NCBI GenBank assembly: GCA_964464625.1
Contig: CAYXKD010000004.1
Coordinates: 6,966 to 70,965, forward strand
Source: an uncultured Syntrophomonadaceae bacterium
Lineage (GTDB): Bacteria > Bacillota > Dethiobacteria > DTU022
Direction: 5' to 3'
Length of the DNA stretch: 64,000 nucleotides
Positions 8,874 to 17,817 of the stretch are shown piece by piece. The notes under the pieces are model-generated. The model was not told where the DNA came from. It was given only the letters and a program-made list of their open reading frames with translations, and did no database searches. Numbering within the stretch: the first letter of the stretch is position 1; every line of letters begins with the position of its first letter. The translations under genes and the position numbers were made by a program.

Positions 8874-9874
8874 TATATGCCCATGGCACCGCGGACCGCC
8901 TCAAGGGTGGCGGCGGCGGCTTGCCGCGCTTTTTCTTCGCCGCTGAAAAGGATCTCCTCAAGATAGCGGGGGTTGCCCTCCAGTTCACGGCGTTTTTCAT
9001 GAATGGGACCCATGAATTCGATGAGCCTGCGCGCCAGCAGCTCCTTACACTGAACGCAGCCAATCTCCGCAGTGCGGCAGCCCGATTCGATCTGCGGTAT
9101 TTCCGCCGCATTGAAGATCTGCTGAAAACGGAAAACGGTGCAGACTTCGGGGCGCCCGGGATCGCGCCGCCGTTCCCGCTGCGGATCGGTAATCATGAGA
9201 CTCACTTTTTTCTTGATCACATCGGGGGGATCGGAGAGCGCAATGTAGTTGTCATAGCTTTTGCTCATCTTGCGGCTGTCAGTTCCCGGCAGCAGGGTGT
9301 GCTCCCCCAGCAGCGGCGCCGGCTCGGGGAGGACCTTCCCGTAAAGGTAGTTGAAGCGGCGGGCCACCTCGCGGGTGATCTCCAGATGGGGCAGCTGGTC
9401 CTCGCCAACGGGGACGGCGTCGGCCCGGTAGGCCAGGATATCGGCGGCCTGCAGCAGGGGATAGCCCAGAAAACCGTAGTTGTTAATTTCCTTGCCCTCA
9501 AGCTCGCGGAGCTGTTCTTTGAAGGTGGGGCAGCGCTCCAGCCAGGCAATGGGTGTGATCATGGCCAGCAGCAGAAAGAGCTCGGCATGCTCCTTTATCT
9601 CGGACTGGCGAAACAGAACAGACTTTTCAGGATCAAGGCCCACACTGAGCCAGTCGAGGAGCATTTCGCGGCTGTTCTCTTTTAGATCCTGCGATTCGGC
9701 GTAGCCCGTTGTGAGGGCGTGCCAGTCTGCAATGAAATAGTAGCAGCTATATTCATCCTGCAGCTCTATCCACTTTTTCAGGGCGCCCGTATAGTTGCCC
9801 AGATGAAGCCGGCCGCTGGGCCGCGCTCCGCTGACAATGATTCTTTTTCTTTCTTTTGGATCCGCTTTACTCAT
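8873..9874 (-). CDS. trpS: Tryptophan--tRNA ligase
   Basis: Class I aaRS with HIGH-like (RPSGRLHLGNY) and KMSKS motifs. Confidence 0.95.
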   Translation of the reverse strand: MSKADPKERKRIIVSGARPSGRLHLGNYTGALKKWIELQDEYSCYYFIADWHALTTGYAESQDLKENSREMLLDWLSVGLDPEKSVLFRQSEIKEHAELFLLLAMITPIAWLERCPTFKEQLRELEGKEINNYGFLGYPLLQAADILAYRADAVPVGEDQLPHLEITREVARRFNYLYGKVLPEPAPLLGEHTLLPGTDSRKMSKSYDNYIALSDPPDVIKKKVSLMITDPQRERRRDPGRPEVCTVFRFQQIFNAAEIPQIESGCRTAEIGCVQCKELLARRLIEFMGPIHEKRRELEGNPRYLEEILFSGEEKARQAAAATLEAVRGAMGI

Positions 9875-9885
9875 TTTTTCACTCC

Positions 9886-10503
9886 TTAAGGTAAACCGAG
9901 GACCAGAAGGACAAGTGTTTCCATAGCATTATACATGTATTGAAAAAGAGGCACAATAATCCGCCCTATGGCTCCGCTGAAGATGAGCACCATGAGAATT
10001 ATGGGTGCGTAGGGCTCTATCTGACGGAAAAGGGAGGCGATGTTGTCCGGCGCCAGGGAGGCGAGGATCTTTGAACCGTCCAGCGGGGGTACGGGAATGA
10101 GGTTAAAGACCCCCAGAAGGACATTGAAAACAGCCAGGGTCTCCATGAACTTGATGTAGGGCATCGAGATAAAGCCGGCCTTGACGGGAATATAGAGCAG
10201 GAAAAGTGAGACCAAAGCGAGGATAAAGTTGGCCAGCGGGCCGGCAAAGGAGACCCAGATCATGCCCGAGCGGTAATCGCGAAAATTGTAGGGATTGATG
10301 GGCACCGGCTTTGCCCAGCCGAATCCGAAAAGCAGCAGGGCAATAGTGCCAATGGGGTCAAGGTGGTGAATGGGGTTCAGGCTGAGCCGCCCCATCCGCT
10401 TTGCGGTGGCATCCCCAAAATAGTAGGCCATCCGGCCGTGAGCATATTCATGGATGGTGATGGCCATCAGGAGGGCCGGAATTCTATAGACCAGCTCAAG
10501 CAA
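9886..10503 (-). CDS. Site-2 protease family (peptidase M50) membrane metalloprotease
   Basis: HEYAHG (HExxH) in a TM segment; polytopic membrane protein. Confidence 0.8.
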   Translation of the reverse strand: MLELVYRIPALLMAITIHEYAHGRMAYYFGDATAKRMGRLSLNPIHHLDPIGTIALLLFGFGWAKPVPINPYNFRDYRSGMIWVSFAGPLANFILALVSLFLLYIPVKAGFISMPYIKFMETLAVFNVLLGVFNLIPVPPLDGSKILASLAPDNIASLFRQIEPYAPIILMVLIFSGAIGRIIVPLFQYMYNAMETLVLLVLGLP

Positions 10504-10521
10504 ACTGTTGGGAAAAATGAT

Positions 10522-13203
10522 CTACTCCTCCTTTCTCTGCTGCAGGTAGGAATGCACAAAATCCAGCTCTTCATCATAGCTGCGCAGCTCTCCATCGAGA
10601 ACCGCCCGGCGCAGGGCGCTCAGGATCTCCCCGAAGAGAGGGCCCGGCTGCAGGCCCAGTTCTTTCAGGGCGCCCCCCCTGAGCCGCGGCCGCACATGCT
10701 GCAGGCTTTCAAGGTAAAGCCTGACATTGTCCTGCACCGCCCTGTTTTTCGCCAGGGCATGGAGCAGGAGCAGCGACTCGGGGGCCAGGGGATCAAGCCT
10801 GTTCACCAGGATGCTGGGGCGAAGGCTGGCGCCGCCCGAAGAGGAAAGCTCTTCAAGCAGCAGCGGGACATCGCGGCATCCCTGCAGAACCACTCCGGCA
10901 CGGCGGCGCGACAAGCCCAGCCGCCGCAGGATGGCCTGTTGATCCTGTTTTCTCAGGTCCAGGATCAGGCCGCCCAGGTAGACGAGCTCTTTTTCAGGGG
11001 GGCTGGGCCATTCCCGCATCTCCGCCCAGGCCAGCGTTTCGGCGATGCGGTTAAGGCGCTGCCAGGTTTTGTGATTTGGCGAAAGACGGGGATAGATGAA
11101 TTTCAGAATGTTCAGCTCCTGGAGCCGCATGAGCACTGCCGCCGGATCATGTTCTTCGTAGATAAGGCTTATCTCCTGGGCCAGGCGGCGCCGGCTGATC
11201 CTGTCGAGGACCCTGCTGCGCAATGCCTTCACAATAAGGGCCAGGGTGCCTTCATCAATGCGGAAGCCGAAGCGCTGCTCAAACCTGACGGCGCGGAGCA
11301 CCCGCAGGGGGTCATCGACAAAGCTGAGATTATAGAGGGTCCGGATTACACCGCGGCTCAGGTCCTCGCGCCCGTTGAAAAAATCGTAGAGCTGCCCAAA
11401 GGAACCCGGGAGTATGGAGCAGGCCAGGGTGTTGATGGTAAAATCGCGCCGGTATAGATCGTTTTTCAGGCTTTCCGTTCCCTCCACCTGCGGCAGCGCC
11501 GCCGGGGAGGCGTAAATCTCCTGCCGCGCCGTGGCAAAATCAAGGCGGAGTCCCTCTTCCAAATAAATTGAAGCGGTGCCAAATTGTTCGAAGACCTTGA
11601 GCTTGCCTCCCAAAAATCTGACCATTTCCCCGGCAAAAGAGATGGCATCGGGGATGACTGCAAAATCGAGGTCTTTGGCAAGGGAGGCTCCCAGGAGGAG
11701 GTCGCGTATTGCTCCGCCCACAAGGTAAACCGATGAGCCCGCCAGCGCCGCCCGCTGCCCCATTAAAAGAAGGCGGCTCAGCCAGAGCGATGGGAATCTG
11801 GCCCGGATCAGCGCTTCCACATTATCTAGGGCGGAGGGCTCCGGCCTACTCTCTGTTTTCACAAGGCTGCCCCTGGGAAGAGGGGATTGAGAGCGGCGGT
11901 CGAGCCGGTAAAGATAGCGCAAAATATCGACGGGGGTGACCATGCCCAGGGGTTCTCCCGCATCACCGGTAATGACAATCTGCCTGGTTTTATGCTCCAC
12001 AAAAGCGCGGCGCAGCGCAGTAACAGATTCCCGCGGGCTTGCCGTAACAGGGTGCCGTCTCATAAAATCTTGCACCGGAGCATGGCCAAATTCGCTGCGC
12101 AGAGCTTTCTGCAGATCTCTGCCGCTGATCATGCCGGCGACTTTTCCTTCCTCCACTACAGGAGAGGCATCATATCCCTCAGCCTCCAGATATTCCTGTG
12201 CCCGGGTTACGCTCCAGGCGGCTTCAACGGCTGCAACAGGCGTGGAGGCAATCTCCAGGGCGGAAGCTGGAGGGGGGAGGTATCTTTCAAGCAGATCAAG
12301 GAGCCGCTCCCTGAGAGCGGCAGCTTCTTCTGTTTTAATTTCCGTGGTGACTGCCCGGCGGTGCCCTTTTGCGCCCAGGGGAGCCAGCAGCAGAAGCAGA
12401 TCAAGGTCATCGGCCGTGGACCTTGCATCCAGGTAGACAGCGCCCCGGGGCAGGGTAACAATAGTCAGGGCCAGGTCCACCTCTTCTATCTGTTGGAAGC
12501 GGCGGATGAGCATCCCCATGCCCCCCCTTTGCTCCTCAGCGGGCACTGTGGTCAGCAGGATCCGGCGCTCGCAGAGCTCAAAGAGCTCGCTTGCTTCCAA
12601 AAGTTTCGTAAACAGGCTTTCCCGGTATGCTGCGGGGACTGCATGCATATATTCCTGGAACAGCGCCACGTTGATCCCCTGATCCCACAGATAAGCGGCG
12701 GCGGCGGCATCCCGCGGCGTTGTATTGGCGCCCGTCAGCGAAGCGGTGTCCCGGTAGATCCCCAGCAGCATGAACGTATTCTCCAGTTCGCTCATGAGGA
12801 TCCGGCGCTGGCGGATCTCTTCCAGCAGCAGCGTTGTGACCGCCCCCACAGGCTCCACCCGGATTTCGCTTCCCTCGAGATCATCGGGCGAGGGCGGGTG
12901 ATGATCGTAGATATGCACTTCGCGGGCTCTATTCACAATGGGCTCGAATATGCCCATTCTTTTTCGCTGACGGCAGTCAACAATAACGGCTATCTCCGCG
13001 GGGGGATACTCTTCCCCCCCGGTGAATGTTTTTAGCGGGAGCTGCGCGCCGTGGTTTTCTAAAAAAAGAGCTGCATCGGGCTGGATACCCTGGGGAATCA
13101 GGGCATAACTCCCGGGATATATTTTTGTTGCCGCAACCAGCGCCGCCAGAGCGTCAAAGTCCGCATCATTGTGAGTCAATATGATTGTCAAGCCGCCAAC
13201 CAC
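10522..13203 (-). CDS. Multidomain DHH/DHHA1 phosphoesterase, CBS pair and CCA-adding tRNA nucleotidyltransferase/poly(A) polymerase
   Basis: N-terminal DHH (ILTHNDADFDALAA), central CBS pair, C-terminal PolyA_pol head (GGAIRDLLLGASLAKDLDFAV). GTG start with RBS AGAGGG; the ORF track gives 13209. Confidence 0.85.
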   Translation of the reverse strand: MVGGLTIILTHNDADFDALAALVAATKIYPGSYALIPQGIQPDAALFLENHGAQLPLKTFTGGEEYPPAEIAVIVDCRQRKRMGIFEPIVNRAREVHIYDHHPPSPDDLEGSEIRVEPVGAVTTLLLEEIRQRRILMSELENTFMLLGIYRDTASLTGANTTPRDAAAAAYLWDQGINVALFQEYMHAVPAAYRESLFTKLLEASELFELCERRILLTTVPAEEQRGGMGMLIRRFQQIEEVDLALTIVTLPRGAVYLDARSTADDLDLLLLLAPLGAKGHRRAVTTEIKTEEAAALRERLLDLLERYLPPPASALEIASTPVAAVEAAWSVTRAQEYLEAEGYDASPVVEEGKVAGMISGRDLQKALRSEFGHAPVQDFMRRHPVTASPRESVTALRRAFVEHKTRQIVITGDAGEPLGMVTPVDILRYLYRLDRRSQSPLPRGSLVKTESRPEPSALDNVEALIRARFPSLWLSRLLLMGQRAALAGSSVYLVGGAIRDLLLGASLAKDLDFAVIPDAISFAGEMVRFLGGKLKVFEQFGTASIYLEEGLRLDFATARQEIYASPAALPQVEGTESLKNDLYRRDFTINTLACSILPGSFGQLYDFFNGREDLSRGVIRTLYNLSFVDDPLRVLRAVRFEQRFGFRIDEGTLALIVKALRSRVLDRISRRRLAQEISLIYEEHDPAAVLMRLQELNILKFIYPRLSPNHKTWQRLNRIAETLAWAEMREWPSPPEKELVYLGGLILDLRKQDQQAILRRLGLSRRRAGVVLQGCRDVPLLLEELSSSGGASLRPSILVNRLDPLAPESLLLLHALAKNRAVQDNVRLYLESLQHVRPRLRGGALKELGLQPGPLFGEILSALRRAVLDGELRSYDEELDFVHSYLQQRKEE

Positions 13204-13244
13204 CGTCACCCTCTATTGCCTGAATAGATCCGTACTTTATAGAT

Positions 13245-13254
13245 TATACCATAA
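13245..13254 (-). promoter_or_regulatory. Extended -10 promoter (TGgTATAAT) for the CCA/DHH gene
   Basis: Minus strand reads tggtataatc about 40 nt upstream of the start. No clear -35. Confidence 0.4.
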
Positions 13255-13417
13255 AGCAGGGATGAGAGGTGAGAGCCCGACGACTCGAAGCAATCATCCC
13301 CCGGAGGTGGTCCCCCAGAGGTCCCCCGGAGCCACCCGATCCCACCCGGACTGGCCCCTCCGCCCACCTGGCAACACCCCTTTGCTTCCCATATAGTGTG
13401 CAGCTCGCCGGCTTTCA

Positions 13418-13518
13418 GAAATAAAACCAGCTTTAAAAACTAGCTTTTCAAGACCTGACCCCCTCGTTTGGAATAAAACCAGCTTTAAAAACTAGCTTTT
13501 CAAGACCTGACCCCCTCG
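13418..13518. repeat. Tandem direct repeat, 2 x 48-49 bp (gaaataaaaccagctttaaaaactagcttttcaagacctgaccccctcg), downstream of spoVAF
   Basis: Two identical units 53 bp apart. A 29-bp core recurs in reverse orientation at 56269-56297. Confidence 0.9.
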
Positions 13519-13527
13519 GTTCGTGGT

Positions 13528-14988
13528 TTATTTTTCGGTGCGGTCGCTGTCTTTTGTTTGCAGCCAGCGGGGGCGGTAGAGCTGCATGGGGATGGGGCGC
13601 CGGTAAAATATTAGCAGCAGCGCCTTGAGGTTGAAGGGGATAAGCGGCCAGAGATAGGGGAAGCCGAAGGATTTTGTGGTCAGGAGGCGGATAAATATGA
13701 GGAGAAGTCCCAGGATCAATCCGGGCAGGCTGAAAAGGCCTGTAAGCAGGATCAACATCAGGAGAACGACGCGGTTGGCCAGGCTTAGTTCCCAGCTGGG
13801 CTGGGCAAAGACGCCGAGAGCAACAAGGCCGGTGTAGAGGAGCACCTCCGGTGTGAAGAAACCCACCGAAACGGCAATCTGGCCGATGAGCAGTGCGCCG
13901 ACGAGACCCAGGGCGGTGGCAAAAGGTGATGGGGTGTGAATGCTGGCCAGGCGGACCAGATCCAGCCCAAAATGGGCAAAGATAAATTGCAAATAGATGG
14001 GGATGCTTGCTTTCTCTTTGGGGCCGATAAATTGTAACGATTTGGGCATGAAATCGGGGTGTGTCGCCAGCAGCAGCCACAGGGGAATAAGCAAAATAGA
14101 AAGAAAGGCGCCCAGGAGCCTGACCCAGCGGATGTAGGTGCCGATGACAGGGTTCTGGCGAAATTCCTCTGCATGCTGGAGCAGGTGGAAAAGCGTTACC
14201 GGCACGATCATCACCGATGGCGATGTGTCCACAATGATGATCACATGGCCCTCGATAAGATGATTGGCTGTTACATCGGGCCTTTCCGTATAGCGGATGA
14301 CGGGAAAGGGGTTCCAGAAGGAGCGGGTAATGAATTCTTCCACTGTCTTCTCCGCCATGGGCAGGGCATCTATATCGATCTTTTCAATCCTGGAGCGGAC
14401 ATGCTCCACGATCTGCGCATTGGCAACGTCCTTGATATACATGATGACGATATCGGTAACGGAGCGGCGCCCGGCGCCCATGATCTCGCATCTCAGCTGG
14501 GGATCGCGGATGCGCCGCCGGATGAGAGCCACATTGAAGACGAGCGTCTCCACAAAACCATCCCGTGATCCCCGTGTGATCTTCTCGATATCGGGCTCCT
14601 CGGGGTTGCGGGCGGGATATTCCCTGGTATCGATGAGCAGTCCCTGCCGCTCTCCGTCGATTAAAAGCAGCATGGGGCCGGCGAGAACCTGCCGGATGGC
14701 CTCCTCAAGTTCATCCACCGGGCTGGTCTCTCCAAAAGGTATGATTTCGTTAAGCAGTTTCTCCATGGGGTTGGTGGCAATCTGCTCCCTGGGCACCTGA
14801 AGCAAGGATTTGATAATAAATACTGAGACTTCATTGTTGGTCAGACCGTCAACAGAGAGCAGGAGAGCGTTTTTACCTCCCACCTTGAACTCCTTCAAGA
14901 TGAGGTCGAAGTTTTTATCGCCCAGCTCAAGGCGTTCCTGGAGATAGGCTTTATTCTGTTCCAGTTTCTTAAAGATCGCTGTGGACAT
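13528..14988 (-). CDS. spoVAF: Stage V sporulation protein AF (GerA-family spore germination protein paralogue)
   Basis: GerA-family N-terminal soluble domain and C-terminal multi-TM domain. Last gene of the spoVA operon. Confidence 0.75.
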   Translation of the reverse strand: MSTAIFKKLEQNKAYLQERLELGDKNFDLILKEFKVGGKNALLLSVDGLTNNEVSVFIIKSLLQVPREQIATNPMEKLLNEIIPFGETSPVDELEEAIRQVLAGPMLLLIDGERQGLLIDTREYPARNPEEPDIEKITRGSRDGFVETLVFNVALIRRRIRDPQLRCEIMGAGRRSVTDIVIMYIKDVANAQIVEHVRSRIEKIDIDALPMAEKTVEEFITRSFWNPFPVIRYTERPDVTANHLIEGHVIIIVDTSPSVMIVPVTLFHLLQHAEEFRQNPVIGTYIRWVRLLGAFLSILLIPLWLLLATHPDFMPKSLQFIGPKEKASIPIYLQFIFAHFGLDLVRLASIHTPSPFATALGLVGALLIGQIAVSVGFFTPEVLLYTGLVALGVFAQPSWELSLANRVVLLMLILLTGLFSLPGLILGLLLIFIRLLTTKSFGFPYLWPLIPFNLKALLLIFYRRPIPMQLYRPRWLQTKDSDRTEK

Positions 14989-15028
14989 GATTTTTGTATT
15001 GATCCCTCTCTTCCCCCCGGGGCGACTT

Positions 15029-15382
15029 TTAGCCCCTGGGATTGAAAATCAGCGCCACTAAAAAGGCGAAGACTATCGCCGCGGTGATCCCTGTGCTGGT
15101 GAGTTCAAACATCCCCGTCAGAATACCGATGACACCGCGTTGGGCAGCTTCCGACATGGCCCCCTTGACAAGGGCATTGCCAAAGCTGGATATGGGCAGG
15201 CTGGCCCCTGCTCCGGCAAATTGAATCAGCCTGTCGTAGAGGCCCAGCCCTCCCAGGATGCCGCCTGCAACGACGAAGCCGGAAAGAATATGTCCCGGCG
15301 TAAAGGGGGTCAGGTCAAAAAGAAGCTGGCCCACGAGGCAGAAAAGCCCGCCAATCAGAAAAGCGGTGAGGTAGCTGCCCAT
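15029..15382 (-). CDS. spoVAE: Stage V sporulation protein AE (SpoVAEb)
   Basis: 117-aa membrane protein with SpoVAEb homology. Confidence 0.85.
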   Translation of the reverse strand: MGSYLTAFLIGGLFCLVGQLLFDLTPFTPGHILSGFVVAGGILGGLGLYDRLIQFAGAGASLPISSFGNALVKGAMSEAAQRGVIGILTGMFELTSTGITAAIVFAFLVALIFNPRG

Positions 15383-15389
15383 ATACTGT

Positions 15390-15540
15390 ACTCCTTTCCC
15401 TTATACCCGTTATGCCCGTCGTGTGTCTGTGTATCCATGCGCCCTTGTATCCTTATATCCGTATGCCTCTGTGTCTGTATATCCCTGTATCCCTATACCC
15501 CTGCACCCGCGCGCCCAGCGCAGGCAAACCCGCAACCCCG
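15390..15540. repeat. Pyrimidine-rich low-complexity tract (tgtatcc / tatatcc / ctgtatccc motifs) in the spoVAD-spoVAEb intergenic region
   Basis: Seen directly: ...tgtgtctgtgtatccatgcgcccttgtatccttatatccgtatgcctctgtgtctgtatatccctgtatccctataccc... Confidence 0.8.
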
Positions 15541-15541
15541 C

Positions 15542-16549
15542 TTACATCTCCAGGGCTACAGCATGGGCCACACCGGGGATGGAGTCGCCCTGAGAGAGGG
15601 TGGTGGGACTGTGCAGCGCACCTGTGGAGATGGCGAGGACCCGCTTCAGCTCTCCCGCCCTCATCCGCTTGTAGATGTGGCCCAGAACCACCACCCCCGA
15701 ACAGGCGCAGCCGCTGCCCCCGGCATCCACTTTCTGGACCTCGGGATTGTAGATCATAAGGCCGCAGTCGCTGTAATTCTGCCCGGGGAAATAACCGCTG
15801 CGGGCGAGAAGTTTTTTCAGCAGTTCCGAGCCCACCAGGCCCAGATCGCCGGTGACGATAAGATCATAATAGCCGGGATTGCGCTGCAGCTCCCGGAAAT
15901 GCATGATCATCGTTGAAGCCGCCGCCGGAGCCATGGCGGCACCCAGACTGAAAGCATCTTTTTCGCCCAGATCAACGGCTTTGCCCGTTGTGATCGCGGT
16001 AATGCGCGGCCCCTCCCCCGCTGCACTGATCACTGCCGCAGCGCCCCCGGTCACGGTCCACTGGGCATGGCTGGGGCGCTGAAAGCCGTATTCCGTGGGG
16101 TAGCGGTACTGGCGCTCGGCGCTGGAGTGGTGGCTCGAAGTCGCCGCCAGTACATTGGCGGCAAAGCCGCCCGCCACCAGCAAGGCCCCCAGTGAAAGCG
16201 ACAGGGTAAGAGTTGAGCAGGCACCGTAGAGCCCAAAATAGGGTACGGCCAGCGCGGCGGCGCTGTAGCCTGATACGGTGATCTGGTTCAGAAGATCGCC
16301 GGCCAGAAAATAGTCTATATCGGTGAGCTGGAAATTCCCTTTCTCCAGCGCACGGGAGCAGGCCTCCTGGAGCAATTTCCGCTCGGCAGCCTCGAAACTC
16401 TTCTGGCCGATACGTGCATCCTGGTACACCAGGTCAAAATCATCGCCCAGGGGGCCTTTTCCCTCCATGGGCCCCACCACAGCTGCTGTTGATGTGAGAG
16501 ATGGCGGGGGATTGAGCAGAATACTCTGCCGGCCTATTTTTTGGCTCAT
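15542..16549 (-). CDS. spoVAD: Stage V sporulation protein AD (thiolase-fold)
   Basis: SpoVAD homology across the full length. Confidence 0.9.
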   Translation of the reverse strand: MSQKIGRQSILLNPPPSLTSTAAVVGPMEGKGPLGDDFDLVYQDARIGQKSFEAAERKLLQEACSRALEKGNFQLTDIDYFLAGDLLNQITVSGYSAAALAVPYFGLYGACSTLTLSLSLGALLVAGGFAANVLAATSSHHSSAERQYRYPTEYGFQRPSHAQWTVTGGAAAVISAAGEGPRITAITTGKAVDLGEKDAFSLGAAMAPAAASTMIMHFRELQRNPGYYDLIVTGDLGLVGSELLKKLLARSGYFPGQNYSDCGLMIYNPEVQKVDAGGSGCACSGVVVLGHIYKRMRAGELKRVLAISTGALHSPTTLSQGDSIPGVAHAVALEM

Positions 16550-16582
16550 CTGCTTTCCTCAACTTTTCCGGTTGAACTCAGC

Positions 16583-17038
16583 TCAAAAAAAGGCGGAAAT
16601 CAAGCCTACGATGAAGGCGGTTATCACACCGAAAAGGAGCACCGATCCCGCCAGGGAGAACATGTGGGAGCCGATGCCCCGCACAAGGCCCTCCTTTTTG
16701 AACTCAAGTGCCGCCGAGGTGACGGAATTGGCGAAACCTGTAACCGGGATGGCGGTGCCGGCGCCGGTAATGTGAGCCAGATGATCGAAAACCCCCAGGC
16801 CTGTGAGAAGCGAGGCCAGAAAGATGACCGTGGCTACAGTGGGGTTGGCCGCCTCTTCAGCTTTAAACCCCAGGATAATATAGATGTTTTGAATGGCCTG
16901 CCCCAGGACACAAACAGCCCCGCCGCTGATAAAAGCGGTGACAGTGTTGCGCAGCAGCGGCGGAGCGGTTTTCTCTTTTTTGGCAAGTTCCCGGTATTCT
17001 TCGGCACTGATGTTCAGCTCATCGGGAACAGCAGACAT
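16583..17038 (-). CDS. spoVAC: Stage V sporulation protein AC
   Basis: SpoVAC membrane protein homology. ORF track gives 17077; internal Met start chosen to avoid overlap with the dodecin gene. Confidence 0.85.
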   Translation of the reverse strand: MSAVPDELNISAEEYRELAKKEKTAPPLLRNTVTAFISGGAVCVLGQAIQNIYIILGFKAEEAANPTVATVIFLASLLTGLGVFDHLAHITGAGTAIPVTGFANSVTSAALEFKKEGLVRGIGSHMFSLAGSVLLFGVITAFIVGLISAFF

Positions 17039-17054
17039 GGAATCCCCTCCGCGA

Positions 17055-17276
17055 TTAGCGATCTCCGCGCACGCCAAAAGCGAGTTTCATGTTTACCTTG
17101 TACTCCCTGATCTCCCCGTTATCCAGGCTTGCCGTCCAGTTTACAACCTCCACACCGGTGATCCCGTCAAGTGTTTTCGAGGCCTCCCTGATAGCGCTCT
17201 GCATGGCATCATCCCAGCTGATTCCTGATTCGCCGACAAGCTCAATAACTTTGGCCACTGTAGTCAATGCAGTCAT
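17055..17276 (-). CDS. Dodecin-family flavin-binding protein; first gene of the spoVA-type operon (no spoVAA/AB)
   Basis: 73 aa, VKVIELVGESGISWDDAMQSAIREASKTL...YKV matches the dodecin fold. Confidence 0.7.
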   Translation of the reverse strand: MTALTTVAKVIELVGESGISWDDAMQSAIREASKTLDGITGVEVVNWTASLDNGEIREYKVNMKLAFGVRGDR

Positions 17277-17499
17277 CCCCTTTGTTTATATGAATTATCA
17301 GGCTGCCGGAAGAAGCCGCAGGCTTCGCCATCACAGGATAGGTGCGGCGGGGCTGTTCCGGCGGGGCTGAAAAAAGCAGGTAGAGCACCAGGCCGGAGAA
17401 GATAAAAAAAAGCGCTGCCCAGAGCAGTATAGCGACAAATTTTCTACCTCTCCGCGAAATGGTTTTTCCCTCCAGACAAATCTCTTTTCAGCACGATTT

Positions 17500-17528
17500 T
17501 AGTATGCAGGTAATTGTTTATTTTATTC
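17500..17528 (-). promoter_or_regulatory. Candidate forespore sigma-G/sigma-F promoter (-35 GAATA, 17-nt spacer, -10 CATACTA) for the dodecin-spoVA operon
   Basis: Minus strand reads gtGAATAaaataaacaattacctgCATACTAaaatcg, matching the GHATR-N17-CATXHTA consensus. Confidence 0.45.
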
Positions 17529-17817
17529 ACCCGGGCGGTGGGCGGCGGGACGGGGCGGGGCGGGGCGTTGCGAAGCGGGGCGGGGCTGATGGAGACTGGC
17601 GGGGCTGATATATGCAGGGGGGGCGGAGCGGTGCGGAACGGTGCGGGGCTGATGGAGACTGGCGGGGCAAGCTATGACGCGGCCTGACATATGTGGTTTG
17701 GTAAGCGGGGCGAACTGCGGCGAAGCGGAGCAGGGAGACTCCAGATGAGGTCAGGCGGCGCCGGCCCGGGGCAGGGCAGCCCCGGTGGGGCAGAACAATC
17801 GGGAGCGCCCGGTGACA

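Noticed and set aside
10363-13035. Long plus-strand ORFs (10363..11457, 11887..13035) and many similar ones elsewhere (15140..15916, 20271..21790, 24608..25465, 28345..29064, 32689..33708, 34647..35291, 39313..40038, 44396..45271, 50409..51962, 56352..57122, 62631..63326)
   Set aside because: All are antisense to well-supported minus-strand genes. They have low-complexity Arg/Pro/Gly-rich translations typical of stop-codon-poor high-GC DNA, and none has an RBS or recognisable domains.
17277-17490. Possible small membrane-protein ORF (…FVAILLWAALFFIFSGLVLYLLF…) in the leader of the dodecin-spoVA operon
   Set aside because: No ATG/GTG/TTG start in frame with an RBS (only ATT after GGAGGG). It is absent from the ORF track. 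A hydrophobic reading of GC/T-rich sequence may be fortuitous.
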